Shown: positions 37,894 through 49,131 of the stretch, piece after piece
Numbering within the stretch: the stretch's first letter is position 1
Layout: each line of letters opens with the position of its first letter
NCBI GenBank assembly: GCA_002269645.1
Contig: NIVC01002162.1
Span: 133,564-197,563 of the forward strand
DNA: 64,000 nt
Source: Macrostomum lignano
Lineage: Eukaryota
Reading direction: 5' to 3'
The notes under the pieces: model-generated
What the model was told of the DNA's origin: nothing
Seen by the model: the letters and a program-made list of their open reading frames with translations, nothing else
Databases searched by the model: none
Program-made: the position numbers and the translations under genes

Positions 37894-40800
37894 CCATGGT
37901 CAGGAAGGTGCAGCGTGTGCGCCGGAATAACATCCATCAAAATTTTTGTTGTGCGCCGCGTGCGCCGAGAAAAAAAATTACTTGTGCGCCATGCGCCGAG
38001 AAAAATAAACTTGAAAAAGCACAATCAAGTATTAAGTATCTTCCATTCAAAAATTCACACCGGTCAAAGAGACCAAATTTTGTGTGATCATGTAATTTTT
38101 TTATTCAACTCATAGACCAACCTACTCTAGCTAGACTCGTCACTTTGCTCCTCAGCTTCCGCTTCCTCAGCCAACTGACGCCGCTGATGCTGATACCGGC
38201 CAATGAAGGGACAGCGAGGGATGGAGTTGCTGTGCCGGTCAACAACCTTGCTTACGCGATACTTTTTTGCTGCCCGCTGCTGAATGTCGTAGAAAAATGG
38301 GCCACGATGAGGCCGAAGACCGCGTTGCCTGTCTCCGACAAAAAAGAGCCTAGCAGCTTCGTTCAAAAGCAGTCGGCACTCCCGCGTATTTACTTTGGGG
38401 GGCAGCATCCAGCTTAGTTTAGTTCGTAACGCTAGAGTGTCATTAGTTTGGCCCCCTTGCTGCTCCTGCGATCGCATTACTGAGTAATACGTTTCGACTA
38501 TCGCCTCTGAAATTAAAGTATATGCTGCTTCTCCTGTCTATTGTCATATTTTATAATTGCTAACAGTACATGTAGCTCGTACTTTTTAAACCTATTTCTA
38601 CATACAGAAACTTTACAAGCAGAAAGAAACTCGTATGGACACCAAAATACTTTAAGAATTACTAAAATACTTTACGAAAGGCATAAAAAAATTATTTTCA
38701 CCTGTGCCTCCAAGATGAAGCGCAAAGTCTAGCAAGCGGCATGCCTCCTGGCCGGCTGCTTTGTAAAGCCTTGGATCGGAGTACAGCGACCTGTACACGG
38801 CAGCTTCGTTCAGCCGTACTGAGCTCTTGTATCCGGACTCAGTAGTCACAACGAGCTGCAACTGAAGCGAAAGCACGTTTGGAGCACACGACTCTGGGCA
38901 TACGACTCGTTTGATGGGCCCTTTCACGCTGGGTTCGAGCCAGGAATCGCGGCCAACACCAGACAAAAATGCCTGGTGAATGGCACCGGCATAGTCGGCC
39001 ACGTACTTCCGAGCCAGCTGAGACCTCACACGCAGACTCTGGTGCTTCTCAGCCTGCTCGACGAACTTCAGAACGGCGGCAGAGGTGGTGAACTCCTCAG
39101 TGCTAATTTCGGGGTTGGCGGAGGTGAGAAGCAGGATAATATTAGCCGCATCCATGACCATCGCACTAGCAGCCACAGAGGAGTGCTTGTCAGCCTTCGC
39201 TATACGTGATGAGAGGCTCTCAAGCAGGGCAGCAGACAGCCGGACCAAGTCCTGCTCCATGTCACGGAGGTCCCGAGCAGTCCAGTTGACACGCTGGTCT
39301 CTCTCGTCATCGTCCGTAAGCCAGCCGTCGAGCAGGGGCACACCGCGGAATGTACCACCTGTTGATAGAATTTGATTTATTGAAAATATGTTGCTTGGGC
39401 TAGCTTACAGGAATTTTTATAAATTAATAAAAATAAGATTTAGCACCCAGTCTGAGTCTACCTGGATGAAGCGATCCGTAACAAGCTTTTAGCCTCGGAT
39501 AATCCTCGACATTAAAGCCTCGAGCTCGGCATTCTAAGAAGCTAGCCACCTTCGGCCATAAAAGCACCAACTTCCAATGAGGCTGTTCCAGATCTTGAAC
39601 AAGCTCCAATAGCTTTCGGACGGGATCCAGCAAGTCTAGTAGGCCAAGCAAATCGAACAGGAAGTCGTAGCCAAAGAGCCAATATTGGATTTTCTCGTTT
39701 GGGTTGCTCTCCGGACGCTCTTTCCGGAAGGCAGAGTATAGTGCCTGTATTAGACATTTAAAAGAAAGGAATTGATTGTATTTACTTCAATATTACCAGT
39801 AATATTTCCCCCTTTTCAGTCTTTAATTTCTGTAAGCAGTAAAAAACTTACTTCGTATGATTCTTCAACGGCCTCCCACATCTTCATTGCAGAGCTCAGG
39901 AAGCGTTGTGCAGCAAAAACTGAGATGCACCTTGCCCTCGCACTTTCCTTCGCCTCCTGCTGAGCTTTGGCTGCTTTTTCGAGAGCAGCAAAGCCACGGC
40001 CGCGCCCAAACATTTTGGGGAAGACATTAGCTCGCTTTATAAATCGCTTAAAGAACTCCATTTCCTTGACGTCACGGACGTCCTGAACGCCGAGATTTAA
40101 AAAATGAGCTGCATCCCAGCAGACTGGTAAGCTGTTGTCATTTTTATGATAGCCGAGTTTCTCGCGTAGAGTTGCGACAAAAGGCCCGTTTTGATGATAC
40201 TGACCATCTCCAACAAAGCCAACAACGCTTGGCAGCGGAAGGTTAAGCTTTTGAACACTTTCCAATAGAAGATTGGCTAAGGCTTCCCCTCCGGCATCCA
40301 TGTCGTCATCATAAATAGGCGGTGCGCCAGCCGGAATTGCCACCGCTCCACCTGATGAATCTCTAGCAAGAATTAGGGCGGCTTGATTAGTGGTCCGGCT
40401 TGGTGTGCTTTTGTCGCAGGTAAGGCAGACCAAGGGCGGATGGCCAGTGGATGGAAGCGCCTCGTGCAGAAACGTAGAGGCATCTCGGTCAACGCAATAC
40501 TCGAGAAGATGCCAGAGTTCTTTGCAGAAAGCGCTGAATAAGAAGCGTGGGAAATGCGAATTCCAATTTTAGTTTTGAAAAAAACTTACTAATAATAATT
40601 TTAATGTTAGCCTACAAACAAACCAAGAAACCAAGAACTTACAAGCCGTGACCAATGTTGCCGATAGCTGCATCAGATGCGTCCAAATGGCACATAAGGT
40701 CCTCGTAGTGCGCATTAGCGGTTCCGATTTGTATGATGAAGATAGCGCTGCGCAGTAGTGTTCTTACAACCTTCTCATTGCCTGATTGGCGCTTCTTATC

Positions 40801-43800
40801 GTCATGAAATTCTCTCACAGCGTTTGAGTGTTCCTTGCCGGCAACACCCGAAAAGTGATCTGCGACAGTTGCTCGAAAGTGGCAGAATTTCGAATGGTCG
40901 CTGTGGTACTGCTGCATGGTTGTTGATAAAACTAACAGACCAGTGCTGAGAGAACCTTTCTTCAAGGGGTTCCTGTATAATTATGAGGGTTAAATTATAG
41001 AGGATTTTATGTCAATGTATTGTAGCGTGTTAGTGTTACTGTATTAGGTTCTACATCTCAGCATCTGCTTCGCCATGTTACCTGACTTACATTTTTAGAA
41101 AAGCTTCTTCTATAGAACATTCCGCTGGCAGGTGAAGACTCGGAACTTTGCGACACCTAGCGAAGCAAGGTTCACAGAAAACGATGTGGTCGACGCCGCA
41201 TGATGCCACACCAACGAATGGATGGTCCAGCAACTCGGCAATATTTTTGGCACTTTTAATCATAGTGTACTGCTCATCAACTGGAAGACTAGGAGCAGCA
41301 GCTGCACTATGGCTACCAGCCTTTACAGCAGCAGCAAGACTTTTTAGGGCTTCAGTCAGGTGCAAAATTTGCTGCGATTGATTATTTACTAGACCACATA
41401 GCGACTCAAATTGTTCAACACTGACAGCTCCGGGTGGAGCAGATGCACTAGTGGAACGCTGCGGCTCAAAAATAGCTGGCGTTGATTGAACAGCTGCTGC
41501 ACCTGTTTAATAGACATTAGAGAAAATGAAAAGTAGGTGGTCGTATCTCTTTGATCAGTGAATCATGCCATAGCTACAGTAAGAATTACTTAACTTAATT
41601 CATTTTTTTAATAAAAGATTAATGTGCTGCTTCTATGACTTACCTGATAATGATAAGTCTGAACGTGGCAGCTGAACAAACAGCTGGAGAGAGGAAGCAT
41701 CAGTGACAGTAGCAACGGCTGCAGCATCAGCAGAATTGGCAGCAGCATCAGCAGATTTGGCAGCAGCATCAGCAGAATTGGCAGCAGCATCAGCAGAATT
41801 GGCTGCAGCATCAGAATTGGCTGCAGAATGAGATCGCTTCCGATCAATTCTTTTACTCTTCTCCTCCCTGGCCCTGAGAAGACTCTGGACGATTTCAAGG
41901 TCAGCGGTTCCAAAGCTCACATTGTGAGCATCAACAGTGTCATGATTGTTGCGAATATGTCGCTTTTTGGAGGATGGATTGCCTCGAACAAATTGGCATT
42001 TTTCGAGATCTTTTTTGTCATTCTGAAGGCAATTTATGCAGTAAAAGATCTGAGGCTGTCTTGCTGACGGCTCTGTATCTGCAGCAGTTGCAGTGCTTGT
42101 TGATGCTGACCCTTTCCGTTTTGATGCTGCTGCTGCTGCAGAGCTTCTGTGAGAAGTACCAGTGCCAGGTGCTCCCACACCACCAGACTTAGTCAGGAAA
42201 CTCCATTCCTTTTCCTGAATAGCTAAAAAATAAAATAATGGCTTAAATTGTTTATACTAGTTTGAGCTTCTAGTTTTATTGACCCCCAAATCCAAATCCC
42301 CAATGGGCTATTATCATTGTTATGGGCATGTCCAAATGGCCTTTAAGTAGTCTAGCCAGACTAGCCTTAGCACTAGTAGCCTAGAATTATATTTAGAATG
42401 GTGATTTGCTTTTGCTATTGAGAATTTTGTTGAAAATTTGAAAAATTTCATTTTCTAATATATTTTTGGCTTCAGCCTTAGTTTTAGCCTAAGCTGAAGC
42501 CCGCTACACTTGACTCCACTCTTTAGTCTCTCTACTCTTATAGGTACACAAAATTATTTGAATTGTAACAAACCTTACAAAAATATACATCGCTACCGCT
42601 ATTGCCTAGGTGCATTACCTGCGCGCCGCGCTGCGCATTCGGCGCATAGCCAATAGCCATAGCCATAGCCTATGCCCTTTCAATTATTGAAAATATGGCC
42701 CATATGGCCATGGCCATGGGTATGTATGTATGGCCTATGTGGCTCAGTGGCTGTGCAGCCTGTGTTGTGCCTCCCAGAAAAATTTCTTTGATTACCCCTA
42801 GCTAGGCTAAGCCCTAAGTATCAGAGTTACAAAGTATGGGGCTATCAAGACAAGTCACAACCACAAGTGACTTCTATTGCTAATTTAAATTTAAAAATGC
42901 CCTTCAGTTTTATTTGTTATTAACTTATTAATTTTAAAATACTATTAATCTTACTCTTATAAAATCTTATATAATTTATAATTATATAAATTCTATCCAA
43001 TTCTAAATTTCTATCCAATATTTAAGACAACTCAAGCAAGTGCAAGAGTAAGAGTTTTTAACAACTAAAGTCTAAACATAAAAGTGATAAAATAATAACT
43101 TTATAAGTAACTAATTTAATTACGAATAATAGACATTCACTTCACATAAGTCATAATAGTAAACACTAAAAGTAAAAATTAACAATAACAGTATCACTTA
43201 ACAGTCAGTCAGACAGTAAGTAATTAAGTAACTTTGTAATTGTAAAAATGTAACATTGGTCATTGAAGTCATGAATATCATATCATATCATGATATATGA
43301 TATTCGATTTTTGATAATTGATAGTCATCACTGGAAATTCAAATTTGGAATTTGACTCCACTTGGATTTGGACGAACGACCCACCTTTGGCATTTTTACT
43401 GATGGTAGTAGCCGTGCCCGTAACTTCAACTTCAAAATCTGCATCTGAAGATGCAACTGAAGATGCTCCATGAGATGAGTCCATTGCTGAATGCTGAGTT
43501 GCTCGTTGCATTAAATTGTTAAAAGCTACGATTAATGAAATTTGAATTTTGAAATAGAAACAACATTAGAAATAACGACTATCGTATCGACTATCGTTTA
43601 TTATATTGATTGATTGACATTTAATATACATTTTTTTATTATTCATTATTGTATTGTCACGTACACTGACGTACCTTGTGTGCCATGCGCCGAGCCATGC
43701 ACCGATGCACCGAGCCATGCGCCGATGCGCCGAGCCCATGCGCGCGGCGCAGTGAAGTGTGCGCCGTGCGCCGGCAAATTGCTGATTTGCGCCGGAAAAT

Positions 43801-43831
43801 TCCGAGGATTCTACCGTCTTCCTGGCTGTGG
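37894..43831 (-). mobile_element. Full-length hAT DNA transposon (5938 bp)
   Basis: Exact 8-bp TSD TGCCTATG (37886-37893, 43832-43839); TIRs CCATGGTCAGGAAG / CCACAGCCAGGAAG (11 of 14); clustered TGCGCCG subterminal motifs at both ends; transposase inside. Confidence 0.9.
38127..43511 (-). CDS. hAT-family transposase, 8 exons, about 1154 aa, no stops or frameshifts
   Basis: Exons 43362-43511 (first exon least certain), 41644-42214, 41091-41502, 40643-40972, 39852-40533, 39462-39744, 38702-39358, 38127-38506; BED-like CxxC...H...H, TCDKST, VGDG, WDAAH, GGTEAIVETYYS. Confidence 0.85.
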
Positions 43832-46041
43832 TGCCTATGTCGCTTAAAGTGCGCCAGGGTGCACACAACCCCCCTGCCTCTAATAAAAAAAAATTTGCTT
43901 ACTTAAATTACTAATTAGATAATTAGGCATTTTTGTAACTTCAAATTGTCATAGTTATTCTTACCATTTGCCTTACCTTTAATTTTTGCTTATATTTGGA
44001 AACACATTTAGATATTTAGATTATTTGGATTCAGCATTTTTTGTACATTTGGATTTGGTTTTGGGAAACTCACAAAAATCCACATTTAGTCCATCACTAG
44101 CCAAAACTTAGCAGATTAAGTTAACTCAAAATGATAGGGCCTAATTACTTTCAATGAAATCTCAAGATATATGTCAAACAAATGTCCAACATACTATGCA
44201 TTCTTACAATTTGCCCTTGATATAAATATATAATCCATTGTTCTCATGATGGCATTGATGTTTTATGTATGCAAAGATTATTCTAAGGTTTAATTATAGG
44301 GTTGACAAAATATAAATAATAGTATGCTATTTAATATTAATACTTACTCAGCTAGTTGTATAAAAGATGCAACCTATTGGTGGAATTGGTAAAGAAAGAT
44401 AATTGATTTTAACAATGATAGAGGGCCTAAGCTAAGCCAGGGGATAGGTTTTGAGGGAGACACTAGGTGTAACCAATGGCAGTGCAGTATCTCTTGTTAG
44501 GGGGGGGGGGGCAATAGTTAGGTGGTCACATTTCCCCTTAGGTGGTCATCCCCCCTTTTAAGAAAGTAAAGAATTATGAACAAATTTTGATACACTTCTT
44601 TTAAAATGAATGTTCAACATAAAGTTTCCTATAAAAATGCATTTTTAATCATTGATGCAAGTTGCATAACAAGGGGAGACCTTCTTAAGGTCTTTTTGAG
44701 GGCCATGGGGATAGTGGGATAGATACCCCCATGAGGCAGTGACCTGTGGTCACCCAAGGGCAGCTGCCCCTCCTTGCCATTCTTACGCTGCCACTTGGGA
44801 TGACCACAGTAGGCCACCCTTTTCCAAAATATCTTGATAGAACATATTGTTCCCCCAAAAACAAACCTAAGTTTGTGCCTTTAAGAGCCTTGATTTTTTG
44901 TCTTCTTTATATTTTTACACCTTTAAGCTTGATTTTTTGTTTCCTACATGAATTTTTAACATTTCCTAGCTTAAAAATTGGTGCCTCTCATATTTATATT
45001 GGTTCCCAAAACTTTGATCCCCCAAAATGAAAGTCTAGATCTGTTATAGGCTAAGGCTAAGCTTAACTAAGGATTAAAGAACTATTAACTAGAATAGTTA
45101 AAAGTTAAAAAAGTATTAGGCCCTAGCTAATTGAAATAAAATTAAAAAGTTCAATATTTGTCAGTGTTGCATATATAGATAGGATTTTTAGATAGATCAA
45201 GGATAAATAACTTCATTTCCCCTGCCTTAGGGAATGGTTACTATGTATACCTAACAGCACTAATAGCCCAAAATGGTCAAATGAAAAATGCAATTGTAGA
45301 CTTAAAGGACCAATTAAAAAGTACTTTTGAAAAATATTATATATTTCTAGGCCTTTGTCATATCGTCTATTCTTCCCTTAGTACACAAAAATCAGAGATT
45401 TTTTTCCGAAAATGATAGGCCCTAGGGACGTACAGAGTGACACTGAAACTAACTATTAGCTAATATTAATAAGGTCTTGAGTCCTATTGATTGATATAAT
45501 TACAATTCAAAAAATATTTTGATATACTAAAAAATACACTTTGTATAGCCAGGATTTCTTACTTCGAATTTAATTATATTTAGAAAAAGTACATTACAGC
45601 ACATGCGCAGAGACTCTTTAGACAACCCTAGGGCCTATGATTTCTCCCTCTACCTTAGAGAAGAAAACTTTTAGATTACACTCTTTCCTTGAAAAAATGC
45701 TGGAATGTACGGTTTGTGTTGATTGACAACAAGCAGTAAAACAACAATAAAGTTATTTTCAGAAGTTTAAACGCTCATTTTACAAAAAATGTTATTAAAA
45801 GTTAATTAAAAAATAATTTTTAGGTAAGCCAAAATTATTTAACGCAAACACGTCACACCGGATAGAGGCTAAATTTTAACCATTAATTTATGTCCTGCCA
45901 GCTATAGCTATGAGGAGTGTTTATAATATTTTCGAAAATATTCACTTCTAGTCATAAAAAAGGCTGGTTTTTCACGCGCATATTCTTTAACTGTATTAAA
46001 TCTTCTTAGCATGATTTCCAGCTGTCACATTAGCTGTCACA

Positions 46042-46215
46042 TTCTTCTTCTTCAGCGCTCCGAAACGCACGAGGGCCAGCGCCCCATGCTCCGTAGGAGC
46101 GAAAGAGCGAAGCCCGGCTCGGCGATGAGGTGCTCCACTTCAGTGCCGACCAGGCGTATGCGGTGCGCGTCCCCCCTCGGGCAGTTGAAAATCGCGTGTA
46201 GGCTCGAATCCGGTG
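46042..46215 (-). mobile_element. 3' end of non-LTR retrotransposon (C-terminal half of CCHC knuckle and (GAA)n tail)
   Basis: Joined across the insertion to 48636-49130 it reads CQDCGAPDSSLHAIFNCP; (GAA)4 tail at 46042-46053. Confidence 0.8.
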
Positions 46216-46519
46216 AGTAGTAGAGGATAACACAACTCTGCCGCAGGGAAAGCCACGGAAATTCCGTGGGCCCGGATCAGAAGGGCGCCTATGTGTTTGC
46301 ATAGCTCAACTCTGCCGCAGGCAAAGCCATGGGAATTCCGTAGACTCCTAATGAGAGTACATAGGCACCTGTGTTCCATAGGGGTAGGCCCCCTAATGTG
46401 AATACATAGCTGCATGTGTTTACATAGGAGATATTTGTATATAAACCAGAAAATTTGTTTTCACAAATAATAAAATTTTTGAAATTCTTGCTCCGTTACA
46501 TCGTAATAACTAATTAATA

Positions 46520-47263
46520 ATGGTCGATATTGGAGAAGGCTACAAACTTCAAGTACAAGAGTATGAAGGAGTACAGTTTATTGCGATTCGGAAATTTTAT
46601 CGACATGGCAGCACAGCAAGTTTAAAACCCGGCGTTCCCGGATTTAACCTCAACATCCGACAATGGGAGAAGTTGAAAGAACCGAAGCGAACTCTCGTGA
46701 AGGCGGCCCTAGGCGGGCAACAGAGGATCATCAAACTCGGTTTTGATAAGTTTGTTGAGGTTAAGAACGGCATCATCTGGCTAAGACGGCTTCCAGAAGA
46801 TTGCTGCGAAGAATTTTTGAAGCGAAACACTGTGGCCTTGGCACCAGCTCTGTGGCGAAAACTGTGGGAGCAGGCTGCATGGATCGACGAGCAGCTGTCT
46901 GCCCCACGCCAAATTTCTGATGTGTATGAGCTGGAGTCGGGATCTTCGAGCGAGAGAAACGGTGATGATGATGACAACAGCAACAAGGACGACACCATGC
47001 GGCTTGCGAAGACTGAGGATGAGGGCGTCCAATCAAGCACTCTACGCATCGACGATGAAGTGGTCACATCAACGCCTCTACCGGTGACAAGAGCTGCAGC
47101 TGGCTTTATCCCAAAGCAGGATTCGGATTTGCTGCAGGACCCAGTCTGGTATCGCTTCCGGGCTGAAGCAGCTGCGGTCGAGAACGTCAGGAAGCGCAAG
47201 CAACCATATCCGCTGCGCAGGCAGAACGCCATGAGACTGCGCCTCAATGAGGATGAGGAGTGA
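46520..47263 (+). CDS. Tandem PC4/Sub1-like ssDNA-binding domain protein with acidic tail and basic motif, 247 aa, intronless
   Basis: DIGEGYKLQVQEYEGVQFIAIRKFY...LKPGVPGFNLNIRQWEKLKE matches the PC4 pattern; second degenerate repeat ends WRKLWEQAAWIDEQL; TATA-like TATATAAA near 46439. Confidence 0.8.
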   Translation: MVDIGEGYKLQVQEYEGVQFIAIRKFYRHGSTASLKPGVPGFNLNIRQWEKLKEPKRTLVKAALGGQQRIIKLGFDKFVEVKNGIIWLRRLPEDCCEEFLKRNTVALAPALWRKLWEQAAWIDEQLSAPRQISDVYELESGSSSERNGDDDDNSNKDDTMRLAKTEDEGVQSSTLRIDDEVVTSTPLPVTRAAAGFIPKQDSDLLQDPVWYRFRAEAAAVENVRKRKQPYPLRRQNAMRLRLNEDEE

Positions 47264-47709
47264 AGAAGAAGAATAAGAAGTGCTTTGAAGAACTTTGGTG
47301 ACTGGTGACATACTTAAATTGGCTCATTTAACAATTTCTATAATTAACATTGCTCATTTATCCAGAAAACTTAATTAAGTCTCTCCATGTAAGAAAATCA
47401 TGCAACTTATTGTTTCTTATCCGCTAAAAAATATAAAAGCTTCTTTTCATAAAAAAATTGTTTTCCTTTGTTCTTGTGCTTAAGAAAAAAATTAGACTGT
47501 TGACTTTTGTTTCTTGAGAAAATGGAAAAAAATTATTTGCTCCTGGCCAACCAGCTAGTTTTTCAATTTGCTCAAAGCTGCTGCATCAAGTTAGAGAAGA
47601 GGGTGGGCATAAAAATTGAAAGAGCATTGAACAGTGGCTCAATGAGCAAACCGCGAAAAGAACTTAAAAAAATTTCATTCTTTCTGGCAGGAATGAAACT
47701 GGCAGGCTT

Positions 47710-47940
47710 TCATTCAGCTTGATTTTGATAATGGAAAAGATCTACTACAACCCTGCTCAGCCTGCCAGTTTCAGGCTCAGGCTCGAGTGCCAGCTCAGTT
47801 GTCTGGCACTCGTGGCAAAGCAACCAGCGACTTATAATGCAGCTGTCTTTTTTGTTATGGAGCTTTAACCCACCGAGCTCACATGAATTGCAGCTGATGC
47901 ACACCTCGTGCACGTAGGATGGACACCGAGATTTATTCAT
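47710..47940 (-). CDS. Small Cys-rich (CxxCxxC...CxxC) putative zinc-binding protein, 76 aa
   Basis: ATG-started GC-richer island within AT-rich DNA inside the TIR element, convergent to the PC4-like gene. Confidence 0.5.
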   Translation of the reverse strand: MNKSRCPSYVHEVCISCNSCELGGLKLHNKKDSCIISRWLLCHECQTTELALEPEPETGRLSRVVVDLFHYQNQAE

Positions 47941-48635
47941 TATTTAAAAATCTATGAGAAATTTAGTTTAAAATAAAATTTAAATTTAAACTTCTCATAT
48001 GCACATATTTAGCCTCTTATATACCCACTTCAACCAAATCTGTGTTAATAAAAACATAGCCGCTATGTTTTCAGCTTTGCTATGTTTACAGTCAGCCACC
48101 CAATGTCCAATGATTTCATCAGCGCATCCAGGTATTGAGCCCTTGTTAAATTCCCGCACGCCCCGCTAAATTCTTTTGAATACGCCGCCAACTTTACCCC
48201 ACCCAGTCGAGGGTGGCAATAAAACTACTGATAACTGAGCACTCTCTCCTTTCAGCAACAAAGCCGCCGCCGCCGCCAGCTCCCAGACAGCGGGAGAGAG
48301 AGAGGCTTGGCTACCACTATGTTTGTTTACAGAAGTTTGTTATTACCGATAAAATTATATAATAAAGTATTAGTATAATACTGAATACAATAAAATACCG
48401 CTGATATTTGCCAATCGTTCAACACAATTTCTAGAGATTCCCCTAGCTCGCCTCTGTGCATACTTGCGGATTCCCCCATGAGGTGCCTATGAACTCTCAT
48501 TAGGAGTCTACGGAATTCCCATGGCTTTGCCTGCGGCAGAGTTGAGCTATGCAAACACATAGGCGCCCTTCTGATCCGGGCCCACGGAATTTCCGTGGCT
48601 TTCCCTGCGGCAGAGTTGTGTTATCCTCTACTACT

Positions 48636-49131
48636 CCGGTGCCCCGCAATCCTGGCAGAGCAGGAGTCCGTCAGGCCGAAACGATGTCGGACCTCGGCGC
48701 CCAGCATGGAAGCACAGGCTCGGAGTTGGCAGGCAGCTGTGTGCTCGGCCCAACTTGGAACTTGTTCGCTCCCAGGCTCTGCGGCGCGCCATCTGACGCG
48801 CCCTGCTCTAACTGTGACTGTGCATGCGGGGTCGCATATACTTTGTTGTTTGTTGTTGTTGTTGGTGTGAAAAGTCGGCTAGGTAGGCCGGTGGCATGAC
48901 GCTGTCATCAAGGCGAATAGCGGCCTTGGCGGTACTACTGAGCGAAATGGCAGCCGAGGTTTGCGGCAGGCGGGCTGCGTGATTTGCGGTTCGGTCCGCG
49001 GCTTCATTAGCGGGTATGCCACAGTGGGCAGGGACCCAGGCGAGGTCGATGTCGTTGTAGTCGCAGGTGCCCAGGTTGATGAGGTTGTTGATGACGCCAG
49101 CAGATAGGCCGCTGTTCCTTGCTGTATACAT
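48636..49131 (-). mobile_element. 5'-truncated LINE fragment: RNase H C-terminus (I-group-like)
   Basis: LAWVPAHCGIPANEAADRTA motif followed by start of the CCHC knuckle. Confidence 0.85.

Larger units (their letters stand above)
46216..48635. mobile_element. 2420-bp non-autonomous TIR element with Polinton/Maverick-like ends
   Basis: 155-bp TIRs (46216-46370, 48481-48635; one mismatch), AGTAGT...ACTACT termini, 6-bp TSD CCGGTG (46210-46215, 48636-48641). Confidence 0.85.

Noticed and set aside
43566-43906. Overlapping ORFs at the hAT end (also 37773-38115)
   Set aside because: Produced by GC-rich TGCGCCG subterminal repeats and SINE sequence; no protein homology recognisable.
46520-47263. 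Host PC4/SUB1 ortholog
   Set aside because: Intronless, divergent, tandem domains at the N-terminus and located inside a TIR element.
46215-48636. Sola2-type parse (GAG ends, 4-bp TSD CGGT)
   Set aside because: Formally possible, but AGTAGT termini, the 6-bp duplication and PC4-like cargo fit a Polinton better; only other copies can settle it.
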